From contig NIVC01001359.1 of the NCBI GenBank assembly GCA_002269645.1, positions 79,651-143,650 on the forward strand: a stretch of DNA of 64,000 nt, in the 5' to 3' direction. This document shows, piece after piece, positions 35,454-47,100 of the stretch (position 1 is the first letter of the stretch; each line of letters begins with the position of its first letter). Origin of the DNA: Macrostomum lignano. Its lineage: Eukaryota. The position numbers and the translations under genes were made by a program. The notes below the pieces were generated by a model. It saw nothing but the letters and a program-made list of their open reading frames with translations. It was not told the origin of the DNA and ran no database searches.

Positions 35454-36725
35454 TAAGGAGCCAAAAGTTTCTGGAATTTGAACAATTTAAAACTATAACA
35501 AATAGTGTCAAGAACAAACAGTTTACAGCGATGTGATGTAGTTGCCATTCAAGGCCCTGACCCTCTCCTATCTTGCTGGCAATGCCTCAATCCCCTCCCT
35601 CCAGAAGCTCGCAGGCTTTGAATCAATCTATTTCTGCACTGCCTGCTCCACATGTTGCTTATTGGCAAACTGCTATCCATCACAAAAGCTCTAGAGAGAC
35701 CTGAACACATGGTAGTTGCATGGCAAGAGGTCTGGTGAGTATGGTGGGTGGGGCAAAACACTGAAGCCCAGGCTTGCCAGCTTGGCCTGGGTGAGTCTTG
35801 CTTTGTGAGGCCGCACATTGTCAAAGAAGAGCACCTTGTCACAGTGTCCCAGGCATATGGATCGCAGCAAACGGGCAACCTGCTCCAGTTCGCTGCAGAT
35901 CACTTCCGCGTTCACAGCCATGCCATGTGGGATGACCTCCCAGAAAACAGGGCCAGACAAGCAGAACCAGAAAAAGAGCAGCTCCTTGCCGCAGTGGGGG
36001 TTCCGCATTGGGCAGCTGGGTGGTTCTTCAGAAGCATCGACCCAGAGGGCTGATGTGCTTGGGTTCTCATAGCAGACCTACTTCTCGTCTTGAGCAATTA
36101 TCGACTTGAGAAAGTTTGGCAAACCGGCTTGGTGAAGTTTCAAAGTTGCCACATCCACCTTGGCTCTCAGCTGCTAAGATGTCAGCTCATGGGGCACCAG
36201 AGTTGGCTTCTTCGGCACCTTGTCTGCAGCATGCAGTCTCCGCCGGACCATGCCATAGGACACCCCAGTAGTAGCTGACAGCTTGCACATGCTGTAGTCC
36301 GGATTGTCTTCAAGGGCTTGGAGAACGGCATCGCCATCAGCAGCAGGGGGTCGGCCTGACCTCGGCTTGTCCTTCAGCTCATAGTTCTCCTCAGCAAAGC
36401 AAGAGAACCAGTCATACACTGACGACTTGGAGGGTGCATGTGGGCCCATCAGCTGCAACAACTCGCGATGTGCCTCTGCTGCGTTGCGTCCCGCATGAAA
36501 GTGGTTGAGCAGAATTGCTCGCCATTCAGTTCTTGGCAGTTCCATTGGATGTGTTTGCTGGCTTAAGTAGGCAAGGTCTGGGGAACTGAGCAATGTTAAG
36601 CTAAAGAGTGATGATAAGGCTGGCCAAAAGCATAGAAGATAGTTGCTGCTTTTAAGCTTTTCCATTGACAAAAATTAACTAAAAGTTTGATTCTAAAAAA
36701 TTCCTGAAACTTTTGGCTTACCTTA
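35454..36725 (-). mobile_element. Mariner element, full length (~1.27 kb) with TIRs; transposase pseudogene
   Basis: TIRs TAAGGAGCCAAAAGTTTCTGGAATT / AATTCCTGAAACTTTTGGCTTACCTTA; HTH region (WRAILLNHF..VYDWF..DKPRSGRP), DNVRPH and HPPYSPDL motifs split by frameshifts. Confidence 0.9.
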
Positions 36726-37071
36726 ATAATTCAATGGGGGTATGCACCTTGTGCACCTCTCTTAAATTTGTTACTGTAGAAATGTACATTAACTTAGGTC
36801 ACCTCTGCAAGTCTTTTTATAGGGGAAATCTAGAATAACTGGTATCTACAATAAAGAATAAAACAATATAGCAATACAAAAATATTAGAGACATTTTATA
36901 TAGGCAATAGGCCTATGTAACTAAGTTTTTGCTTTTTTTCAAGGTGCATAACATAAGAAACCACACATTTTAGTATAAGAAGCATATTGAAAACAAAATG
37001 TTTATATTACAAATGTCACAAAATCAATTGAAAGCATTTTTAAATATTAAAATATATGAAAATACATACAT

Positions 37072-37227
37072 GCGCAACTTTGGGATTCACTCGGCCGTTT
37101 CTATTGGCAACACACGCATGTAAGTCGCTATTGGACAGAACAGTAGTCACGTGACTGCTCTCAGCCAATAGCGACTTACATGCATGTGTTGCCAATAGAA
37201 ATGGCCAGGTGAATCCCAAGGTTGCGC
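37072..37227. mobile_element. Near-perfect ~156 bp palindrome (foldback MITE-like)
   Basis: Arms GCGCAACTTTGGGATTCAC...ATTGG and CCAAT...GTGAATCCCAAGGTTGCGC are reverse complements around GTCACGTGAC. Confidence 0.75.
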
Positions 37228-37899
37228 CCAAGCATGTGAAAATATAGTGACTATCAATTACTATCCATTTGTCTAGCTATCAAGCAATGTGATTCCAATT
37301 GCCTTAATAAAGGGGTTAAACATAAGCTGGCACCAAGGAAGACCCAAGATAGGGCAGCTAGAGCACTATCATTGCTGATGGTATTAAATGACATTTGCTA
37401 CTATTATGGTCAGCATTATGACTAGTTAGGCTATAAATAGAGAATAAAATATAATAGAAAAGTGCAGCATACTTTGATCTTAACTTAATGGCCATTGTTA
37501 TAGTTATTAGTGGCCAATAACATTAGGTGTATCCTATTAGTCAGGCCTAGCTAACCTATTCACCTGATTTGTCTGCAAATTCAACAATGCAAAATTGTAT
37601 CTGCAACATTTTTTTTACAAAAAACATGGGTCTAAGAACAACCTTGTTGTTGATAACATTACATTTGTAAGCTAGAATATATAAAGGTTAGCTAAATCTA
37701 ATTCTGACAAAATGACAATAACAAGCTTCTTGGATTTTAAAAGGATACTTAAAAAGGACAAATAAGTCCTTGGTCTTCAACTACTAGCACATTAGGTTTT
37801 TGTCTGTCAATCAGCAAAACTTTTTTATAATAGCAACTTATAAATCCTTCAATAAATGAATCACTTTTAGTGCAAGAGAGCCATTGCAAGTGCTCAATG

Positions 37900-39250
37900 C
37901 TTGAAAGTAGCAGGTTAAGAATTGGACTTGACCAGTGCTAGCCAATAAAACTCATGCTCTTCATAGCTAACCAATGCAAATGGGCATTTCTTTCTTTGTG
38001 GATTTGGTTGCAGACTTGTTTGTGAAGTAAGTGACTGTTTCTGACCTTTGATTTTATTGACTACATATGTTTTTTAAATTAAATGCCAAAAAAGCTGTCA
38101 AATGGTCCATTTTGCTTGATGTAGTGTGAAAGATAGATCAGGCTATGCACATTGTGGCTCATGAAGCTGCTACCAAAAATCTTAAAGCATTTTGACATGA
38201 ACAGCCTAATAAGTTCTTTTGAATAATTGATTAGCTAATGGTCCAAGCTGTCAAATGGTCCATTTTGCTTGATGTAGTGTGGAAGATAGATCAGGCTATG
38301 CACATTGTGGCTCATAAAGCTGCTAACTATAAATCTTAAAGCATTTTGACATGAACAGCCTAATAAGTTCTTCTGAATAATTGACTAGCTGACTGCATTT
38401 TTCAGGGTAGCATAGATAGAAAATTGCAATACTGAGCAATAAAAAATGCTTGTACTATTAGATGAAAGAACAGGTTATAACACAACTTTTCCAGAGTAAA
38501 ACAAGAATGCTCAATACTCAATTGCTTTCCAACAATGGCATTCAACTAGCAGACTTAGCTCTAGCAAACTTGGATAGAATAAACTTTGGCACATTCAAAA
38601 TATGCCTAGAAACTTGCAGAACTTGTCCATATGATAGTCAATTTGGCAATTAACTTACAATCCACTACAATAGAATGTGCTTCATAACCCCTTGGTATGC
38701 TAGGTGCATATAGTGTAGTGGGAAAGCTGCTATCATATAAATTTTCAGAGCCATCAGAGGGCTTGTGCCAGTGTGATGCTGTTCATCACTCTTCAGTATT
38801 TGTCTACATGACATTTGTACGAGTATGCAATGGAGTATCCAGATCTTCCAAAATTGCATGGCCAACATAGCTGCCATATGCAGTGCACTGCTCATAGGGA
38901 GAAAAGCCACCATGACCTTTGATGCACTTAATGTATGCATAAGTAGGGGCATCACAAGTAAACTTGATATTAACTTTATATTCAATTCTGCCTAGCTCAT
39001 TAATAAGATCCTTCAGGTATTCATGGACTAGTGCTTTGTGATTATAATACAAGCCTATTACAACCTGTGCATCCTATCCAGTTGAAGCTTGAATTGGCCA
39101 AAATTCATTTTTAGAATTCATTCCAACTTGCAAACCATTGATATTAATTTGCGCTGAAGCTTTTTAGATGATAAGTGAATTCTGTCCAATATTCCCTCTT
39201 GCAATCCAAAGTAAGTACACTTTCCAGCAACCATTGTAGTTCAAGTTGTC
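37900..39250 (-). pseudogene. Degenerate DNA-transposase relic, probably CACTA/CMC-like; includes a 154 bp tandem duplication (38094 and 38248)
   Basis: FTCDAPTYAYIKCIKGHGGFSPYEQC resembles the DAPAR..IK..GH.GY..CE.C motif; frameshifted, CpG-depleted; boundaries approximate. Confidence 0.5.
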
Positions 39251-39825
39251 TGCTATAGAGTTTTAAGAAGTCTTCTTGAGGACAATGGCAATGATAAAAA
39301 ACTTTAGTAGGATCTTCAATATTGCAGAAAGTGAATTACCATGAATCATGTACAACATAGCCAAATTCCTAATTTCCTGTGAAATATCAGTCTCAGGAAT
39401 GTTCACAGAAATTGCATCAGTACCTTGCCCATGTTCTAGAGGTATATCCTTAGGTTCATTGTTGCATTGTGCTTGTTGAGCCTATTTTAAGTTCTGTTTA
39501 AATTTGTTTTTCATTTATTGCTATATTGCTGTTCTTACTTTGGTGCATTTTGCATCTTAATTATGATGGCCAATCACAAATTTGAAGTCACTTTATTCTT
39601 GATGAAATAAACTTCCAAGTCCAATAGCAGATTGTTACTGTTGATAATATCAATATATACTATTCCAAATCAAAATCCAAGTACCAAGGTGCTACAAGAT
39701 GGAAATAGATGGATCGAAACATAATATTATTACTGTATACTAAAATAACCTCCCTTTTTTTTCCTTCAGCTACAGAGCTGCACAATTTTTTGAGGACCAG
39801 CAAGAAGTACTGCGCAACACTGATC

Positions 39826-40050
39826 ATGACCAACATTTACAGCTTTGAAGGCCTTCTAGTTTCTATAATTTTGTTTATCTGCACTTCAGCCTATATGAAA
39901 CGGGTGCCAAAGCTGAAAGAATGGTGCTTCACTGAGAAAACTGGTTTCTGGGGTGTGCTGTACAAGGCTGCTGTGATTGGAATTCGATTGCATGTATTAG
40001 TGGCACTATCCTGTGTAGTTATGGCTTTCTATGTTGTCTTTGTAGGATGA
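39826..40050 (+). CDS. TMEM167B: Protein kish-B, 74 aa, single coding exon
   Basis: [48 protein letters not shown] closely matches kish-B; a polypyrimidine AG acceptor at 39769 lies upstream of the ATG. Confidence 0.92.
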   Translation: MTNIYSFEGLLVSIILFICTSAYMKRVPKLKEWCFTEKTGFWGVLYKAAVIGIRLHVLVALSCVVMAFYVVFVG

Positions 40051-40619
40051 TTTTCACCCAGTTATGTTAATTTTATGATCCATCCAAATCTTCAGCTGGA
40101 ATTGGATTGTTTTAGCTTTGACGATCCTTCTTTCTGTTAAATTTATTGCATTTTATTTATCATTTAAATATTACACGGTCTGAAGTGTCTAAGATTGTTT
40201 GGAGTGGTTTCCTGTTTCTGCTTGCTGAACGTGCGTTACTTGTTCATTTCTTCTTTTAGCAGGCGCTAAATTCTTGTCTGACTCTAATACTGTATGTAAG
40301 TTTTTTTTTTAATTTTCTGCATTCCATGACGTGATATTATATTCTGTAATATTCTTGATTTCAGCTGTGCCACAGAAATAGAATCTGTTATCAATTATTA
40401 TGGTTAAGTTTTTGATTTACTAAATACAATATCAGTTAATGAGTAAAGATGTGCTATGCAATTATGATAAATAATGTAACAAGAAGTAAAGCGTTGCTTA
40501 AAAAATAAGTTCTGCAAACTCTTACTGCGTGTAATAATAAAATATTAGTCGTTAGACTGCTAATACGTTGATTACTTTAGTTACTACCCACTGACATTCC
40601 TATTTAATAGGGATATAAT

Positions 40620-41390
40620 AGAGATAAGTCTTACTAGGGATATACTTCTAATTACTAGTTGGGTGTCTTACTAGGGATAGACTTCTATTTACTAGTTGGT
40701 GTCTTACTAGGGATAGACTTCTTTTTACTAGTTGGTGTCTTACTAGGGATATACTTCTATTTACTAGTTGGGTGTCTTACTAGGGATATACTTCTATTTA
40801 CTAGTTGGCGTCTTACTAGTGATAGACTTCTATTTACTAGTTGGTGTCTTACTAGGGATATACTTCTATTTACTAGTTGGTGTCTTACTATGGATATACT
40901 TCTAATTACTAGCTGGTGTCTTACTAGGGATGGACTTCTATTTACTAGTTGGTGTCTTAGTCTTACTAAGGATAGACTTCTATTTACTAGTTGGTGTCTA
41001 ACTAGGGATAGACTTCTATTTACTAGTTGGTGTCTTATTCTTAATAAGGATGGACTTCTATTTACTAGTTGGTTTCTTACTAGGGATATACTTCTGTTTA
41101 CTAGTTGGTGTCTTACTAGGGATATACTTCTATTCAATAGTTGGTGTCTTACTAGGGATATACTTCTATTCAATAGTTGGTGTCTTACTAGGGATATACT
41201 TCTATTTACTAGTTCGTGTCTTACTAGGGATAGACTACTATTTACTAGTTGTTGTCTTACTAGGGATATAATTCTATTTACTAGTTGGTGTCTTACCAGG
41301 GATAGACTTCTATTTACTAGTTACGTCTTACTAGATTGACTCCTATTTACTAGTTAGTGTCTAAGTAGATATACTTCTATTTACTAGTTA
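40620..41390. repeat. Minisatellite, 36 bp unit (TTACTAGGGATAGACTTCTATTTACTAGTTGGTGTC), directly upstream of RPS9
   Basis: Tandem copies ending about 35 nt before the AG acceptor at 41424. Confidence 0.95.
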
Positions 41391-41429
41391 GTGTTTAACA
41401 CGAGTACAAACCGCCCGTTTGCAGCCATC

Positions 41430-42741
41430 ATGAGCCGAGTACCCCGCATCTATTCGAAGACCTACTCAACTCCTAGGCGACCGTTCGAGAAAGAGCGCCT
41501 CGATGCCGAGCTGAAGCTTATTGGCATGTACGGCTTGAAGAACAAGCGCGAAGTTTGGCGCGTTAAGTACACTTTGGCTAAAATTCGCAAGGCTGCTCGA
41601 GAGCTCCTGACCCTAGAAGAGAAAGACCCCAGACGGTTGTTTGAGGGCAACGCCCTGCTGCGTCGGTTGGTTCGAATCGGCGTGCTGCAGGAGGACAAGA
41701 TGAAGCTCGATTACGTGCTGGGTCTCAAGATTGAGGACTTTCTTGAGCGACGGCTGCAGACTCAGGTTAGTGCTCTTTTGATAAGATTAGGTTTGGCTTG
41801 GCTTGGATGGAGCTTGCGTGGATTGCGTGTCAGATTATTAGTTTAGGTGCGGGTCAGGTTGTTGGTTGAGGTGTAAGCCAGGTTGTTGGTTGAGGTGTAA
41901 GCCAGGTTGTTGGTTGAGGTGTAAGCCAGGTTGTTGGTTGAGGTGTAAGCCAGGTTGTTGGTTGAGGTGTAAGCCAGGTTGTTGGTTGAGGTGTAAGCCA
42001 GGTTGTTGGTTGAGGTGTAAGCCAGGTTGTTGGTTGAGGTGTAAGCCAGGTTGTTGGTTGAGGTTTAAGTCAGGCTGTTGGTTGAGGTGTAAGTCAGGTT
42101 GTTCGTTGAGGTGTAAGTCAGGTTGTTCGTTGAAGTTTAAGTCAGGTTGTTGGTTGAGTTTAAGTCAGGTTGTTGGTTGAGGTTTAAGTCAGGTTGTTGG
42201 TTGAGGTGTAAGTCAGGCTGTTGGTTGGGTTGTAGACTTGTAGTTCAGGTTGTTGGTTGAGGTGTAAGTCAGGTTGTTGCTTGAGGTGTAAGTCGGTAGA
42301 TATGGTTGAAACGGTTTAATTATTGTTTAAATTTGGGTTACCTTTGTTTTAGTTTTATTTGAGTCAAATTTCAAATGATCCATTGATTGTGTATAATTTA
42401 ACTCAACAGACTTTTCGTCTTCGCGAGTAGCAATTTAATCAGTATTTGTTCAATAGTATCAAATCATATTGTGTCCCCAATCCATAATCCAAACACAACT
42501 CCAGGTGCTGAAGCTGGGCCTAGCCAAGAGCATCCATCATGCTCGCGTTCTGATCCGCCAGCGTCACATCCGCGTACGTCGCCAAATGGTCAACGTGCCA
42601 TCATTTATGGTCCGTCTCGACAGTCAGAAGCACATCGACTTCTCATTGAAGAGCCCGCTGGGAGGCGGCCGGCCCGGCCGAGTCAAGAGGAAGAACGCCC
42701 GCGAGGGCACTAAGGGCGGTGAGGACGCCGATGAAGATTAA
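41430..42741 (+). CDS. RPS9: 40S ribosomal protein S9 (uS4), 2 exons: 41430-41765, 42505-42741; 190 aa
   Basis: [35 protein letters not shown] and [32 protein letters not shown]; phase-0 GT-AG intron. Confidence 0.98.
41850..42295. repeat. Intronic minisatellite, 24 bp unit (GGTTGTTGGTTGAGGTGTAAGCCA), RPS9 intron
   Basis: About 17 tandem copies. Confidence 0.95.
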
Positions 42742-44132
42742 ATCCAGCGATTGGATCCGGTAGCATTTCCGGTTGATTAATTGACTGTTTGATTCATGAT
42801 GAAAGTGGCCTCGCTTTGTCGCGTGCGTATAGTTGTTGTTGTTGAGCAGCAAAAAATACACTAAAATTTATCGGCAGTTCTAATGGTGACTCGCTATTAA
42901 CGCTGAGTTTGGTTTGCAATTCTGCATTGGAATCAAAATTTGGTCTGGATTTGACAAAATTAGAGCATTATTTCTTTCCAGCAGTGATTGTTCTGCTGTG
43001 AATTTTATATTTCAGCTCATCCCGATGAAAACGGTACCCAGGCCAAGAAGCGACGTCCCAGAGTCACTTGCGTCGGCCTAGGATAGCTAGAGTCACTCGT
43101 GGGATGTTTACTATGACCTTAGCGATTATGGTCACGATAAAGTTTTTTTCGGGTAAAATCATTGCAGCAAGTTGTTTAAAAGTAAATATTTTGACAATTT
43201 AAAGTAGCGGCTTGTATTCGCATAACAATTACGAGTATAAGCAAAAAATATACCTGTGATAAAGGCCAAAGCGCATTCTACTGTGCTGTCAACAAAAATT
43301 CGTGGGCTATTGAATCTGTGCACGTGCCCAATTACATGTATCATAAGAGTGAAATTGTCATTCTGCAGTAAGCTCTGCAATAGATCATTCGGTCAGCTGC
43401 AAACGCCGATTACAGACTTGGTCGGCAAGCCCAGGCGCGCCGATAAGGCTCCTTGTTTTTTGGTGGTGGAGGGGCAACTGGCGAGTATTTTGGACTCCGA
43501 AGTCAGCGTGGAGTGGTCCAGGCGTGCGTGTGGCATCGAGCCGTTGCTTCTGAGTATTCTTGAACTGTACAAAAAGGAACTGTCATGACTCATCAAAAGC
43601 CATATGTTCATTCACTCCGTTCGTTGTTTATGTATGCTTGCAATGTAGTTTACTACATGTAGTTACTACAGTAGTATTATACTACATGTAGTGTTAACAC
43701 TCCAAAACAGTTAATTTTGTGATCTGTTTGTTTCTGGTGTTAGGCAGTCATTTCGTCACTAGTTGAATGCCTCTTTAAATTTTAAATAGCTTATTAGATA
43801 CTATTGTTTCGATCTCTGTCTTTACTGCTTATGTGCCCCATCGGCCATTATATGGGAGCAATTTTATGTTGTACAAAACCCACGCAGTCAATAACGAAAA
43901 ACGACTCTTAATTTTCGTACACGCGAAATAGCACGAATTTGAAGTGCGTTGTAATTTTAACTTCAAGTTAGATATATTGTTAATGTTAGGATTGTTGAGA
44001 ATTCGCAAATTGGATCGTTTGTTTTTTAAATAGTTTAGTTTTCTCAATCCGAATTAAATTAAACTACAATCAGAGCACGATCGCATCTCAAGTTTAAAAA
44101 AAAGCTTTATTTTTATCTGTTAAGTCGACGAA

Positions 44133-47100
44133 ATGAATACCTTCTTAAGCCGCTTAAACTCACTTTTTGCTATGACTATGACAGTTTTAGCTGGATTGAC
44201 ATTTTGTTGTTTTCTCTCCACAGTTCATCATACACATCATTCTATAGCAAAGCTTGATACTCCTAGCGTGCTAGTTCGACAGGCACCCGACTACATGATT
44301 GGACATGAAATCAATGATCTTGGCCACATGACATTAAATATTGATGTGAGTTGGTTTTTAATATTCTATTTCCTACTATTTATTTTTATATTTTCTGTTA
44401 TACATCACATTTTATTTTAGCATATTAGTATCTATGGGTCCTATGAATATCTATGGATAATAATATAAAAGGCAAAATAAAAGGCAATAGCTAATATCTT
44501 TTATATCTCTATTGAATATATTCTTGTTAAAAATAAATATAAAGTAGTACATTGTCAATATATATTATATAAACAAGAATGCAAATTTTCTAGTTTATAG
44601 ATTATTATAAAGAATAAACTAGCTTAAATTTGTGGAATTTCTACTATTGCTTTTGATTGCTTTAAACTTGTGTCTGTTTACAGAAATAAATATTTTAATA
44701 GACATTTTTTACTAATAGCCAATCTAGCTAGCATTAATAGTTGATAATCATTTTGTTTGCTATTAGTTTGTCTGCAAAAGTATAATATAGTCATTTTATC
44801 TGCCAACAAAATATTGAATATAATGTTAATCTATAACCATAGTCAGGAAGGTGGCCTTTGCCATAGAAAATTCTGGCGCACACAAGGGGTCCTTGGTGCA
44901 CTTGGCATATAATCATGGCGCACACTGAGGTCCTTGGCGCATGCAGCGCATAATTGTGGCGCATAAGGTCCCTGACATGCATGAAAATTGTAATGCAAAT
45001 TAACAATTTTACATAAAATAAAGGAGATTTGTATAGTCTAGAAAGTCAATGATAAACTTTTTGCTTCTTTAAAATTAAAAGTAAATAAAATTAGTATAAA
45101 TTATAGCTAAGAACGTCATTTTTGCATCACTCTATTTGTAGGTATAATTTTAGTTTGTTTAAAATGAAAATATGCGTAACATTTTAAAAAGACGTTTTGT
45201 ACAAAGGCCTTTCTTAGAAAACTCTACTTGTGAAGAGTGGTGCACAGACGGCGTGCAGACAGTGCACAAATGGCACATAGATGGTGCATAGATGACACAC
45301 AAATCGTCCCAAAAAACTTTTCCAGTGCACACTGTACTACCTTCCTAACTATGGGTCTATAATTCAAAGCTAAGTTTATATAAACTTTGCAACAGGACAG
45401 CAAATGCGTTATCATCATTGGATCAAGATAGGACCAGGGATCATAACAATGCTTACAGTCATATTCAACTGCAAACTATTCTGCCTTCTGATTTACTAAT
45501 GACTAACACTGTCATAAAACTTTTTAACAGATGTTCAAATTTAATTGAATAATATATTTCTTTGAAATATTGCATTAAACAATATTACACATGCAAAAGA
45601 GATATCCCATAATAATTCTTTGCATGACTTGTAATATCTTATTATAAATAGCTTTACAATTTATATAGCTATATTTTACTTTTTATTTTTTTAAAGTTGT
45701 TTTGTCTACTAGCAGACAAAAAGGTGATAGACAAAATGACTGCACACTGCATCAACTAGCAGACCAAGGGTAAAAAAAACAAATTTTACAATAAAAACAA
45801 AAGTAAAAAGTAGAACAAAGAATAAGTATATAAATAAGTTACAAAAGATTGAGGATTCAAGTTAAATACAAAACTAATTCAGATTTTAGTCAAATCTAAG
45901 CCTATATTAGAAAGCCATTAGCCAAGGTTTTACAGGTTATATATACATGGTATGAAGTAGCCTTAAGCTATAAAGTTAGCTACTAAGTTTAGGTTAGTAT
46001 AAATTAAGAGTACCAAATAGAAAACAAGATACTGGCCAGCATTAGTCCAAAAATTCACAATCAAACATCAAATATAAATATTTCTATTTATAGATAAAAG
46101 TTGCAAAGTGTGTAGATTGTTTTTGGACTCAAAATTAAAAATAAAAAATTAAAATAAAAAAGTCCTACTATTTCTAGTAATATTGATGTCTTAATCAAAT
46201 AATAAATCATAAAAATATTTAACTTGGATCCAAATATAATCTTTTATCTGTTAGCTACAAAGGACCTTGGCTATACTTTGTCTTGTGTATGAGCCATAGA
46301 TTGCAAAAGCCAAGAAAAATGATATACAGAGTTACCCAAAATAAGAATTAATAATGTATTGTGGTGTTCGTGTGGCCAAGCAATCTAAAGTTTCTCTTAG
46401 CGCTCGCGTGTATTATAAAGAATAGAATACTCTATGGTACAAGCATAGATAAATGAAATGAACAATCAGTCTGGGGATACCACATCCCTCCACCTTTAGT
46501 AAAATCAGTTCATTGTAGGGAAACGAATTGGCCTCCTCGGTACAGTCTATGGTCGGAGTCCACTTCTGCACATTGTTCTTGGATCACACTGTGGTATTTC
46601 GGATGCGTCCCTCTTTTCTCGCTGACTGTCGCTCATTCCTCCTCCACCAGAAAACGTTACCAGAGCCTCGTCAGATTCTGAGTCTGGGAATATCTTTCTG
46701 GCCTTATTAACGTGGCGCTTCTTGATTGTGCCACTTTTGTTCTCCAGGATCAATAGTCCTCTGACTCGCTTTCTTATGTAGTATTGGTCTGTACCAAAAA
46801 AACTATCGTACTTGTTCCTTGCTTCCCTTTCAATCACTACTGTGTCACCCGTTTTTTTAGATTTTGCAGTCACGAGCATTCCAATTAGCGTAGTTGGACA
46901 TTTTTCTTTTGTAGCTGGCGTCTTTATCTTTCTGCTTAATCAAAGGATCTATTGTCTCGTCGTTCATTTGAGGAAGTTTTGTCCGCGCGCTCCACCGAAA
47001 GAAAAGGTTTGCTGGCGCTACGCCTGTTGCTCTCATCGGTGTTGTTCTATAGGCGTGCAAAAAGATTTGCAATTCCTCTTCAAAACTTGATCCATTCAAA

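Noticed and set aside
40659-42180. Repetitive ORFs upstream of RPS9 and within its intron (226, 138 and 104 aa)
   Set aside because: Pure translations of 36-bp and 24-bp tandem repeats
42796-42907. Possible box C/D snoRNA (ATGATGA ... CTGA) after RPS9
   Set aside because: It lies in the presumed 3' UTR rather than an intron, with no convincing terminal stem or recognisable rRNA guide
43393-43395. In-frame TGA as a selenocysteine codon
   Set aside because: No selenoprotein-like motif and no SECIS element identified; the reading frame itself is unproven
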